The notes under the pieces were generated by a model that ran no database searches, was not told the DNA's origin, and was given only the letters and a program-made list of their open reading frames with translations. A DNA stretch of 64,000 bases, taken from positions 79,196-143,195 of the forward strand of contig JAZHDD010000059.1 of NCBI GenBank assembly GCA_036541255.1, in the 5' to 3' direction. This stretch comes from Desulfovibrionaceae bacterium. Its GTDB lineage: Bacteria; Desulfobacterota; Desulfovibrionia; Desulfovibrionales; Desulfovibrionaceae. Each line of letters opens with the position of its first letter. The stretch's first letter is position 1. The translations under genes and the position numbers were made by a program. Shown piece by piece: positions 9,238-17,789 of the stretch.

Positions 9238-10684
9238 TGTGTTCCAGGCCGAGCCGTTTGACCACGTTTCCGGCAGCGGCCACAGCGTATTCCTGCGGGG
9301 AGAGTCGTTCCCGTTCCGACGGTTCGATGACCAGCTCGGGAGCGTTGGCCATGGCCGGGTCAGGCGAGACGCCAAAAGCGGCAGGGAAGCTGTTCTGGAA
9401 ATACATGTTCTGGAAATCGATGAACTTGAGCTGATGCGCAGTGGAGTCCAGGATGGCAAGTTCGTCGGAAGAGAGCAGGCCCAGCTCCCCGGCGCGGATG
9501 GCGCCGGCCAGACACTCGCCGCCCTGCGTACAGGCGATGTGGCCGTTGCGGTTGGCCCGGATCATGCCTTCCATGATCTGTTGTTCCGTAACCTGCACCA
9601 CCAGGAAGGAACCAGGACCGCCAACAGCTTCGAAGCGCTCTGCAAAATGACGCACGCGGGGGAAAGAGACCGGGTTGCCGATCATGGCGGCCTGGGCCAC
9701 GGAAGGTTCCACAGGAACCGGGGCAAAGCTGCGTTTGGCGGGCTCGTCCACGGAATAATACCGATAGACAGGATCGGCGTGGTGCGACTGGACGCCGAAA
9801 ATACGCGGCAATGTGTCGATGATGTTCAGCGTATGCAGCTTGAGGAAGCCCGCCATGATGGCCGTGATATTGCCTGCATTGCCGATGGGGACGAAGACGC
9901 ATTTTTCGGAAAGATCCCAATCGAACCATTGGGCAATTTCAAAGGCATAGGATTCCTGGCCCAGGATGCGCCAGGCGTTTTTGGAATTCAGCAGCGCTAC
10001 GCGGTAGTTGTCCGCGAGGTGTTCCACGACCTTCATGCAGTCGTCGAATACGCCGGGCACTTCCAAGACCGTTGCGCCGCTGCCCAGAGGCTGGGCAAGC
10101 TGCTGGGGAGTGACCTTGCCGTGGGGCAGGATGACGACGCTTTTGACCGGCCCGGCAAGATAGGAGGCGTATAAGGCCGCGGCTGCCGAAGTGTCGCCGG
10201 TGGAAGCGCAGACGGTGAGCACCTGATCCCAGCCGTGCTTTCGGATTTGCGCCTTGAGGTAGCTGAAGGCGCAGGCCATGCCCCTGTCCTTGAAGGACGC
10301 GGAAGGATTCTGGCCGTCGTTCTTGTATGCGGTGGTAATGCCGGACTCGGCGCAAAGGGCTGAATTGGAATGAATGATGGGCGTATTGGCTTCGCCGAGG
10401 TAGACGATGTCTTCCTCCTCCAGCACCGGAGCCATCAATTCGTAAAAACGGAAAATGCCGCGCAGCGCCGTTTTCTTGGTGGCGGCTCGGGAATCGAAAA
10501 TGGTTCGCCACTCGGCTCCCGACGTTTTCTTCAAATCGTCGAAGTCCAGGTTTTCCAGCAGAAACACCCCACCACAGTCCGGGCAGGTGTACAGCAGTTC
10601 GTCAACAGGGAAGCGGCGGCCGCAACCCAGGCAGACGTACTCCATGCGTCCGCGATACGAGGGAAACTGGTTGGCGATGTTCAT
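9233..10684 (-). CDS. thrC: Threonine synthase
   Basis: N-terminal CxxC..CxxC, NPSASFKDRG PLP lysine, CASTGDTSAA, PIGNAGN. Confidence 0.95.
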   Translation of the reverse strand: MNIANQFPSYRGRMEYVCLGCGRRFPVDELLYTCPDCGGVFLLENLDFDDLKKTSGAEWRTIFDSRAATKKTALRGIFRFYELMAPVLEEEDIVYLGEANTPIIHSNSALCAESGITTAYKNDGQNPSASFKDRGMACAFSYLKAQIRKHGWDQVLTVCASTGDTSAAAALYASYLAGPVKSVVILPHGKVTPQQLAQPLGSGATVLEVPGVFDDCMKVVEHLADNYRVALLNSKNAWRILGQESYAFEIAQWFDWDLSEKCVFVPIGNAGNITAIMAGFLKLHTLNIIDTLPRIFGVQSHHADPVYRYYSVDEPAKRSFAPVPVEPSVAQAAMIGNPVSFPRVRHFAERFEAVGGPGSFLVVQVTEQQIMEGMIRANRNGHIACTQGGECLAGAIRAGELGLLSSDELAILDSTAHQLKFIDFQNMYFQNSFPAAFGVSPDPAMANAPELVIEPSERERLSPQEYAVAAAGNVVKRLGLEHK

Positions 10685-10712
10685 GGCGTCACCTTGCAAA
10701 GCTTGGTTCACG

Positions 10713-11216
10713 TTAAGGCCAGATTCTGGGCACACAGAGCAGGAACATGGTCAGGCCCAGAGAGAGTTTTACAGTCATGCCGAGCGACTTGCCGAAGAAC
10801 GCGCCCATGGAGGCGCGATTGGCTTCGACAGCCGGGCGGCCCTTGCTCAATTCAAAGATAAAACATCCGACATAAGCACCCAAGAGCGCGCCCAGGAGCG
10901 CGCCCACGCCAAGCAGAAATGGAGCGCCCAGTATTGCGCCGATGATAGCTCCCAGGATGCTGCCGAAATTCCCCCGGCCTGAAGCACCGTATTTTCTGGC
11001 ACCCCAGGATTGGGCGATCCACTCCACGGCCTCGCCGAACAGGGCAATGGCGGCCAGCACTCCCACGAACACCCAACCCATATTGGACTCAGGGCGTAAA
11101 TAAGTCCAGACGCCGACAAAAAGGGTCAGCAGCCAGTTGCCCGGCAGACTGAAGATGTTCAGCGCCTGGGCCGTGAAAAGCAGCAGCAGGAAAAGCGTTG
11201 CCCAGAGATAATCCAT
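10713..11216 (-). CDS. DUF456 family membrane protein
   Basis: LPGNW and GARKYGAS motifs, Gly-zipper GAIIG repeats. Confidence 0.85.
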   Translation of the reverse strand: MDYLWATLFLLLLFTAQALNIFSLPGNWLLTLFVGVWTYLRPESNMGWVFVGVLAAIALFGEAVEWIAQSWGARKYGASGRGNFGSILGAIIGAILGAPFLLGVGALLGALLGAYVGCFIFELSKGRPAVEANRASMGAFFGKSLGMTVKLSLGLTMFLLCVPRIWP

Positions 11217-11217
11217 G

Positions 11218-12510
11218 CTACGCGTTGCGCAGGTCCACCACCCGCTTGGCCTTGCCCTCGCCCTTGGGAATGGTGCCGGACTGCACGAGTTCGACTCGCG
11301 GCGTCACCAATATCTCGTCGCGCAGGCGGGAGGCAATGCGTTTTTGCAGGCTCTGCAACTCGCGCATGTCCTCCACGAAGAACTCTTCGCGAATCTCCAC
11401 CTTGACGCGGATTTGGTCCATGACGCCTTCGTGGAAGAGTTCGATGAGGTAGTTTTGACCCACTTCGGGAATGTTCATGAGGGTCTGCTCGATCTGCATG
11501 GGGTAGATGTTCACGCCCTTGATGATGAGCATATCGTCGGCGCGGCCCGTGATGCGGTCGATGCGCCGATGGGTGCGGCCGCAGGCGCATTCGCCGGGAA
11601 TGAACCTGGTCAGGTCGCGGGTGCGGTACCGCAGGAGCGGCATGCCTTCGCGGGTCAGGTTGGTCATGACCACTTCGCCGATCTCGCCTTCTGCTGCGTC
11701 TTCGCCGGTCTCAGGATTGATGATTTCGATGAGGAAGGCGTCCTCCCAAACATGCATGCCGGATTGCTGCGTGCATTCAAAGGCCACGCCCGGTCCGTTC
11801 ATTTCCGAAAGGCCGTAAGAGTTGTAAGCCTTGATGTGCAGCATCTGCTCGATGCGTTTGCGGATCTCCTCTGTATGAGGCTCTGCGCCGATAAGAGCGA
11901 TACGCAAGGGCAGGCTGGCCGGGTCAATTCCTTCGGTCTCAAGGAATTCTGCAAAATAAAGCGCGTAGGAAGGAATAATGTGGGCGACAGTGACGTTGAA
12001 GTCGCGAATCAGCTTGACCTGGCGCTTGGAGTTGCCGGCTCCGGCGGGTACGGTCAGACAGCCCAGATGTTCCGAGCCGTAATGGATGCCCAGGCCGCCG
12101 GTGAACAGGCCGTAGCCAGACATGTTCTGCAGTACGTCACTCTTGCGGATGCCGCAGGCGTACATGCTGCGGGCCATGAGCGAAGCCCATTCCCGTATGT
12201 CGTTCTCCGTATAAAATATGGCGGTCGGCGTGCCCGTGGTGCCGGAGGATGCGTGCAGGCGAACGAAATCATCCAAGGGACGGCTGAGCATGCCGTAAGG
12301 ATATTGGGAGCGGAGATCTTCCTTGGTGGTGAAGGGCAGTTTTTTCACGTCTGCGGAGCATGTGATGCTTTCAGGGGAGAGGCCCATGGCCCCAAGCCGT
12401 TCCGCATAAAAGGGCGATTTCAGGGCAATGGCCACGGAGCGTTTCAAACGTTGGGCCTGAAGCGCCTCAAGTTCAGGGCGTGGAAGGGTTTCCACGGGAT
12501 CGAAATACAT
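11218..12510 (-). CDS. paaK: Phenylacetate-CoA ligase family protein
   Basis: LPFTTKEDLR, HASSGTTG, YGLFTGGLG, YGLSE, RYRTRD, GRADDM. Confidence 0.9.
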   Translation of the reverse strand: MYFDPVETLPRPELEALQAQRLKRSVAIALKSPFYAERLGAMGLSPESITCSADVKKLPFTTKEDLRSQYPYGMLSRPLDDFVRLHASSGTTGTPTAIFYTENDIREWASLMARSMYACGIRKSDVLQNMSGYGLFTGGLGIHYGSEHLGCLTVPAGAGNSKRQVKLIRDFNVTVAHIIPSYALYFAEFLETEGIDPASLPLRIALIGAEPHTEEIRKRIEQMLHIKAYNSYGLSEMNGPGVAFECTQQSGMHVWEDAFLIEIINPETGEDAAEGEIGEVVMTNLTREGMPLLRYRTRDLTRFIPGECACGRTHRRIDRITGRADDMLIIKGVNIYPMQIEQTLMNIPEVGQNYLIELFHEGVMDQIRVKVEIREEFFVEDMRELQSLQKRIASRLRDEILVTPRVELVQSGTIPKGEGKAKRVVDLRNA

Positions 12511-12528
12511 GTCGCCTCCGGAAGGATG

Positions 12529-13977
12529 CTAGCCCATGGGCTCGTTTTCTGACGGATAGGGCGTGGTCGTGAGGTCCTCGAACCGGGTCCACTGCTTGTG
12601 GAAATAGAGATCCACATCGCCCACAGGGCCATTGCGTTGTTTGCCGATGATGACTTCGGCCTGGTTCTTTTTTGGGTTGTCTTCGCTCTTGTTGTAGAAG
12701 TCGTCGCGATAGAGAAAAAGGATAACGTCGGCGTCCTGTTCAATGGCGCCGGATTCGCGCAGGTCCGAGAGCATGGGACGGGGTGGTTTGCGTTCCTCAA
12801 CCTTGCGGTTGAGCTGTGACAGGGCGATGACGGGGATGTTGAGTTCTTTGGCCAAGGCCTTGAGGCTTCGGGAAATGTCGGAGATTTCCTGCTCGCGGGA
12901 ATCGATTCGCCGACTGGAGCGCATGAGCTGGAGATAGTCCACCACGACGAGTCCAAGATTGTGTTCCGCTTTGAGGCGGCGACATCGGGCGCGCAATTCG
13001 AGGGTGGAAAGAGCCGGAGTGTCGTCGATAAACAGAGGCGACTGCATGAACTGGTTGGCCGCGTCCTGGAGTTTGACCCAATCCTCGTCCTGTAAATATC
13101 CGGTACGCAAATGCCCCAGGTTGACCCTGGCCTGACAGGCGAGCAAGCGGGTCATGAGCTGTTCCTTGCTCATTTCCAGGGAAAAAACCGCAGTGGCAAT
13201 GCCTGAATTGATGGCCGCACGCATGCCCAGGTTCAGGGCAAAGGCGGTCTTGCCCATGGAGGGACGTCCGGCCACGATGATCAAGTCGGACTTTTGCAGT
13301 CCGGCGGTCATTTCGTCGTATTTCTGGTAGCCTGTGGGGATGCCCGTGACAGCGGATTTGTTTTCGAAGCGTTTGGTCAGCTCGTCAAAGACCTGGTTCA
13401 CGAGGTCGCGGCTGCTGGTAATGGTGCCGGTGGTCTTGGCGTCGGCGATTTCGAAAATGGATTTTTCCGCTTCGTCCAGCAGGGAATCCACATCCTGCGT
13501 GTCGTAGCAATTGGAAATGATGCCGCTGGCCGTGTCGATAAGCTGTCGCAGGATGGCCTTGTCGCGCACGATGTGGGCATGGCGCGCAGCGTTCGCCGAA
13601 CTGACCGGGGAATTGGACAGCTCTGCGAGATATGCCGGACCGCCCAACTCGTCCAGGACTCCAGCCGTCTTGAGATGGTTGGAGACCGTGATCAGGTCGA
13701 TTGGCGAGTTGCGGTTGTAGAGGTCGATAAACGTGCTGAAGATCGTCTGATGCACCGGGGAGTAGAAATCCTCCGGTGTGACGATGTCAACGAGCGTATG
13801 GAAAAGGGAGTTTGACTGAAAAACCCCCCCCAGAACCGCCTGTTCGGCTTCCAGGTTCTGGGGGGGAACATTGCGCAATAGATCGGCTGAAGCCCTGTCC
13901 AGAGCCTCGCCGTTCTTTGCCCGGGATTTCCGGCTATTAGGCCTCGTCTTCGACGGGCTTGACCGTTCCGGCATCAT
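12529..13977 (-). CDS. dnaB: Replicative DNA helicase (start uncertain; overlaps the rplI 3' end)
   Basis: PPQNLEAEQAVLG, GRPSMGKT, DYLQL, SQLNR, LRESGAIEQDAD, KQRNGP. Confidence 0.97.
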   Translation of the reverse strand: MMPERSSPSKTRPNSRKSRAKNGEALDRASADLLRNVPPQNLEAEQAVLGGVFQSNSLFHTLVDIVTPEDFYSPVHQTIFSTFIDLYNRNSPIDLITVSNHLKTAGVLDELGGPAYLAELSNSPVSSANAARHAHIVRDKAILRQLIDTASGIISNCYDTQDVDSLLDEAEKSIFEIADAKTTGTITSSRDLVNQVFDELTKRFENKSAVTGIPTGYQKYDEMTAGLQKSDLIIVAGRPSMGKTAFALNLGMRAAINSGIATAVFSLEMSKEQLMTRLLACQARVNLGHLRTGYLQDEDWVKLQDAANQFMQSPLFIDDTPALSTLELRARCRRLKAEHNLGLVVVDYLQLMRSSRRIDSREQEISDISRSLKALAKELNIPVIALSQLNRKVEERKPPRPMLSDLRESGAIEQDADVILFLYRDDFYNKSEDNPKKNQAEVIIGKQRNGPVGDVDLYFHKQWTRFEDLTTTPYPSENEPMG

Positions 13978-14473
13978 TGTCCTCGACTGCCTCGGCAGCC
14001 TTGTCCTGCTCAGCTTCGCCCGCGGTGGAGCCGTGGCGCAGCACAAAGAGTTTCAGCTGGCCGCGAACATCCGGATGAAGCTTGATTTCCAGTTCATACT
14101 CGCCCAGGGAACGGATGGGATCGTCCAGAAGGATCTTGCGGCGATCGATTTCGATACCGTTTTCTTCCAGGGCGTCTCCGATCATGGACGCGGTGACAGA
14201 GCCGTAAAGCTTTTCACCTTCGCCCACCCGGACAAGAATTTCAATCGGAGCGGCGGCAATTTTTTCAGCCAGAATTTCGGCTTCGGCTCTGACGGAGTCG
14301 GCCGTGGCCTTGAGCTTGTTGCGCTCCAGATCGAACTGTTTGAGGTTGCCTTCAGTGGCGGGCATGGCCAACCCCTGAGGGATGAGGTAGTTCCGGCCAT
14401 AGCCGGGCTTCACAGCGATAATGTCTCCGAGACGTCCGAGGTTGTCGACGTCCGCACGCAGAATAACTTTCAT
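13937..14473 (-). CDS. rplI: 50S ribosomal protein L9
   Basis: MKVIL..V..LG..G....VKPGYGRNYLIP, KLYGSV; acidic tail. Confidence 0.98.
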   Translation of the reverse strand: MKVILRADVDNLGRLGDIIAVKPGYGRNYLIPQGLAMPATEGNLKQFDLERNKLKATADSVRAEAEILAEKIAAAPIEILVRVGEGEKLYGSVTASMIGDALEENGIEIDRRKILLDDPIRSLGEYELEIKLHPDVRGQLKLFVLRHGSTAGEAEQDKAAEAVEDNDAGTVKPVEDEA

Positions 14474-14487
14474 GGTCGGCGCCTCCT

Positions 14488-14748
14488 CTAGATGCTCTTT
14501 TTCTTGACGTCCGTGCTGTGCACAGTGGTGTAGAACAGGAGGGCCATCTGACGGGCGCGCTTGATCTCAGTGGTCAGGCTCCGCTGGTGCCGGGCACAAG
14601 TGCCGGTGATGCGGCGGGGAATGATCTTGCCCCGGTCCGTGATGAAGTCCTTAAGAATGTCGACACGCTTGTAATCCAGGGGAAGGTTCTTGTCGGCGCA
14701 AAAGCGGCAGAACTTCTTCCTCGGAGTGAATTTCTTCCTGAAGGCCAT
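14488..14748 (-). CDS. rpsR: 30S ribosomal protein S18 (Cys/Zn-type)
   Basis: [24 protein letters not shown]. Confidence 0.98.
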   Translation of the reverse strand: MAFRKKFTPRKKFCRFCADKNLPLDYKRVDILKDFITDRGKIIPRRITGTCARHQRSLTTEIKRARQMALLFYTTVHSTDVKKKSI

Positions 14749-14750
14749 GC

Positions 14751-15059
14751 TTATCCCTCCTGGCTTTCTGCCGGGCTTTCCAGCTTGACGGTGATGAACT
14801 TGAAAATGCCGTCAGTGATGCGGATGATACGTTCGAGCTCCTGCACCAGGGCGCCGGGAGCGTCGTAGACCATGCGCATGTAGTAGCCACGGGTCTGTTT
14901 CTTCACGGGATAAGCCAGGGTACGCATGCCCCAGTCGTCCATTTCCACGATCTTGCCGCCGTCGCGTTCCACGATGCCGGTGCAGGTGGCAAAGATCTCG
15001 GTGCGGCGCTCTTCTTCCAACTCGGGAGAGAGCAGCAGCAGCGTTTCATAGTTCTGCAT
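14751..15059 (-). CDS. rpsF: 30S ribosomal protein S6
   Basis: [19 protein letters not shown]; AAGGAGG RBS before ATG at 15059. Confidence 0.98.
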   Translation of the reverse strand: MQNYETLLLLSPELEEERRTEIFATCTGIVERDGGKIVEMDDWGMRTLAYPVKKQTRGYYMRMVYDAPGALVQELERIIRITDGIFKFITVKLESPAESQEG

Positions 15060-15064
15060 TATAT

Positions 15065-15106
15065 CCTCCTTACGGTCATTGGCCCTCCCCTGTAGGGAGA
15101 GCAAGG
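15065..15106 (-). promoter_or_regulatory. S6:S18 ribosomal protein autoregulatory leader
   Basis: CCTTGC pairs with GTAAGG, occluding the SD, around an inner hairpin TCTCCCT-ACA-GGGGAGG and a CCG-containing internal loop, directly before rpsF. Confidence 0.75.
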
Positions 15107-15116
15107 CAGAAGGGGA

Positions 15117-15145
15117 GTCATAGTCTCTTCATTCTTGGCTGTCAA
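15117..15145 (-). promoter_or_regulatory. sigma70 promoter of rpsF-rpsR-rplI-dnaB
   Basis: TTGACA-17 nt-TATGAC. Confidence 0.75.
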
Positions 15146-15354
15146 GGGTTGCGGCCCTTGTCGTCGGCTTCGTTTGTCGGTTGCTGCTGATGAGGCGTTT
15201 TCAAATCGTCTCCCTCGGTTTCGGTTTCCTGTGGCGGCTTCCAGCCGCACTGATTGGCGGCACCTCAGGAGGGCAGGCCGAGTCGGGGCAACACAAAGCG
15301 CATCAGGACAAAGGCGCCTACGAATGTTCCGAGCAGAATAAGCAGGTCCTGCAT
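15142..15354 (-). CDS. Candidate small membrane selenoprotein, 70 aa, Sec at codon 30 (not in the ORF track)
   Basis: ATG overlaps the purC stop (TGATG) after GGAGG; MQDLLILLGTFVGAFVLMRFVLPRLGLPS-TGA-GAANQCGWKPPQETETEGDDLKTPHQQQPTNEADDKGRNP*; SECIS-like hairpin downstream of the TGA; selC in window. Confidence 0.65.
15231..15250 (-). promoter_or_regulatory. Putative bacterial SECIS element
   Basis: GT-GCGGCT-GGA-AGCCGC-C-AC hairpin; G-starting apical loop begins 22 nt after the in-frame TGA (15267-15265). Confidence 0.6.
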
Positions 15355-16250
15355 CAATCCTCCAGTTTCGAGCCGGTCAACCGTTCATAGGCTTCCAGGT
15401 ATTTTTCCTGGGTGCGCATGGCTACGTCCTCAGGGATGTTTGGCGCGGGGGGCTGCTTGTTGAAGCCGATGTCCGTGAGCCAGTCGCGCAGGTATTGTTT
15501 GTCGAAGCTGGGCTGTCCATGGCCGGGTTCGTAACCGTTTACCGGCCAGAAACGCGAGGAGTCGGGCGTCAGCACTTCGTCAATGAGCATGAGCCCCTGA
15601 TCGGTGAGGCCAAATTCGAATTTTGTGTCGGCAATGATGATGCCGCGTTCGCAGGCGTAGTAACGCGCACGGGAATAGATCTCTATGGCGGTGCGCTGCA
15701 CCTGCTCCATGAGTTCCGTCCCGATCAAGTCCCGGGCTTGGGCCACACTGATGTTTTCGTCGTGCGAGCCGAGTTCGGCCTTTGTGGACGGGGTGAACAG
15801 CGGTTCGGCCAGCATGTCGGACTCCTTGAGTCCTTCGGGCAGTACATGTCCGCAAACCTTACCTGTTTTCAGGTAATCCTTCCAGCCGGAACCCGTGATG
15901 TAGCCGCGTACGATGCATTCGATGGGCAGCGGTTTGGCCTTTGTGACAAGGACGCTACGTCCCTCCAGTTCGGCGGCATAGGCGTGCAGGGGTGCGGGAA
16001 AGTCAGCAACCTTGCTGGCCAGAACGTGGTTGGCGATAATATCCTGATATTTTTCCATCCAGAACAAAGTGATCTGGTTCAGAATGCGTCCCTTGAGCGG
16101 AATGGGATCAGGCATGATCACGTCAAAGGCCGAGATGCGATCCGTGGTTACGATGAGCAGGGATTCCGGTGATATTTCATAGATGTCGCGCACTTTTCCG
16201 CGCGAGACCAGTGGATATTCCTTGATGTTTGTCTGGATGACGGGCTGCAT
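15354..16250 (-). CDS. purC: SAICAR synthase
   Basis: GKVRDIY, TDRISAFD, ECIVRGY, FTPSTK, ADTKFEFG, DEVLTPDSSRFW, DKQYLRDWL. Confidence 0.97.
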   Translation of the reverse strand: MQPVIQTNIKEYPLVSRGKVRDIYEISPESLLIVTTDRISAFDVIMPDPIPLKGRILNQITLFWMEKYQDIIANHVLASKVADFPAPLHAYAAELEGRSVLVTKAKPLPIECIVRGYITGSGWKDYLKTGKVCGHVLPEGLKESDMLAEPLFTPSTKAELGSHDENISVAQARDLIGTELMEQVQRTAIEIYSRARYYACERGIIIADTKFEFGLTDQGLMLIDEVLTPDSSRFWPVNGYEPGHGQPSFDKQYLRDWLTDIGFNKQPPAPNIPEDVAMRTQEKYLEAYERLTGSKLED

Positions 16251-16275
16251 GTTCGTCTCCTGGGATTGCTGGGGG

Positions 16276-17589
16276 TTATTTGTTTTCGGTAAGCCGGATT
16301 TCAATGGAACGGGCATGGGCTTCCAGGCCTTCCAAACGGGCCAGCCGGGCGATCTTGCTTCCATGCCTTTGAACAAAGGCCGGAGAGGCCGCAATGATGC
16401 TCGATTTCTTGCAAAAATTCTGAACGGACAGGGCCGATGAGAAACGCGCCGTACCCAGGGTGGGCAGCACATGGTTCGGTCCGGCGAAATAGTCGCCCAC
16501 AGGTTCGGGGCAGTGATGTCCCATGAAGATGGCGCCGGCATGACGGATTTTGCCGAGCAGAGACCATGGATCATCCACACAGAGTTCCAGGTGCTCCGGC
16601 GCAATGCGGTTGACGAGATCCGCAGCCGTGTCCAGGTCCGGGGTCACGATGAGCGCGCCCCAATCCTGCAAGGATTTAGCAGCGATTTCTCCGCGGGGCA
16701 GGGCCGATGTCTGACGCTCCAAAGCGTTGTCCACGGCTTGGGCCAGATTTGGGTCAGGCGTTATAAGCAGAGCTGCGGCCAAGGGATCGTGTTCGGCCTG
16801 GGAAAGCATATCTGCGGCAAGCCAGTCCGGGTTGGCGTTTGCATCAGCCAGTATGGCGATTTCGCTTGGCCCGGCGATCATGTCGATGCCCACTTCGCCG
16901 ACCAGAAGCGCTTTTGCTGTGGCGACGTAAATATTGCCCGGACCGGCAATGACGTCGCAGGCCGGAATGGATTGTGTCCCATAGGCCAGGGCTGCCACGG
17001 CCCAGGCGCTGCCCGATGCGTAAACATCCTGAATGCCGAGCAGGGCGGCCGTGGCCAGCAAATAGGGATTCAGGCTGCCGTCCTTGCGGGGCGGCGTGAT
17101 CATTACGATTTTCGGAACGCCTGCCACAAGCGCAGGGACGGCATTCATGATGATGCTGGAAATGAGCGGGGTGGAGCCGCCTTGGCCGCCAGGGACATAC
17201 AGGCCAACGCGGTCGACAGGAGTGACCATCTGGCCGAGCAGCGTGCCGTCGGCCTGGGTGGTCCACCAGGAATTCTCTTTTTGCCGCTCATGAAAGGCGC
17301 GCACGTTGGCAATGGCTTCCTGGAGTATGGAGAGATCTTCGGCCGGGACTTGGGCCAGCGCGGTTTGCAAATCCTGGTCCTTGATGCGTAGCATGCCGGG
17401 CGTAAAGTCCGGGCAATCGAAGCGGCGCGTGTAATCCATCAACGCATTGTCGCCTTCGTTGCGAACCTTGGTCAGGATGTCGCGTACCTGGGCTTCAACT
17501 TTGGCGTCAGGATTTTTGCGGCCTAGCAAACGTTGCTGCAAGGTCGGCCAATCTTTTTTCGAGGTGTAGCTGATCGTGGTGCAGAGCAT
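16276..17589 (-). CDS. hisD: Histidinol dehydrogenase
   Basis: GLYVPGG, GPGNIYV, IDMIAGPSE, QAEHD, APEHL, GDYFAGPNHVLPT. Confidence 0.97.
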   Translation of the reverse strand: MLCTTISYTSKKDWPTLQQRLLGRKNPDAKVEAQVRDILTKVRNEGDNALMDYTRRFDCPDFTPGMLRIKDQDLQTALAQVPAEDLSILQEAIANVRAFHERQKENSWWTTQADGTLLGQMVTPVDRVGLYVPGGQGGSTPLISSIIMNAVPALVAGVPKIVMITPPRKDGSLNPYLLATAALLGIQDVYASGSAWAVAALAYGTQSIPACDVIAGPGNIYVATAKALLVGEVGIDMIAGPSEIAILADANANPDWLAADMLSQAEHDPLAAALLITPDPNLAQAVDNALERQTSALPRGEIAAKSLQDWGALIVTPDLDTAADLVNRIAPEHLELCVDDPWSLLGKIRHAGAIFMGHHCPEPVGDYFAGPNHVLPTLGTARFSSALSVQNFCKKSSIIAASPAFVQRHGSKIARLARLEGLEAHARSIEIRLTENK

Positions 17590-17717
17590 GGAGTGTCGTC
17601 CTTGATGTTGCTGGCGTCGAATGAAAGCCGAGGAAATTCAGAGCGGCTTGATCCGGGCAAAATAATCTAGCCGAGAGATCGTGAAATGTCGAGGCGCGGC
17701 ATAGGGCGTTGTTTGGC

Positions 17718-17752
17718 AAAATAAGAAGGGCCGGGGCGCAAGGCCCCGGCCC
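17718..17752 (-). terminator. Intrinsic terminator after the porin gene
   Basis: GGGCCGGGGC/GCCCCGGCCC stem followed by TTCTTATTTT on the minus strand. Confidence 0.75.
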
Positions 17753-17789
17753 AAGCGGGTCGTTTTGGCTGAAGGTCGCGAGGACCTTA

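Noticed and set aside
15059-15463. ORF-track ORFs 15059-15250(-), 15135-15341(+), 15181-15390(+) and 15254-15463(+)
   Set aside because: No RBS or protein-like features; the region is better explained by the UGA-containing frame, the rpsF promoter and the S6:S18 leader.
16251-16604. N-terminal extension of purC in the ORF track
   Set aside because: It overlaps hisD; the GGAG RBS supports ATG at 16250. Similar over-extensions were trimmed for ubiD, infA, deaD, argF, ftsH, uvrC and rpsF.
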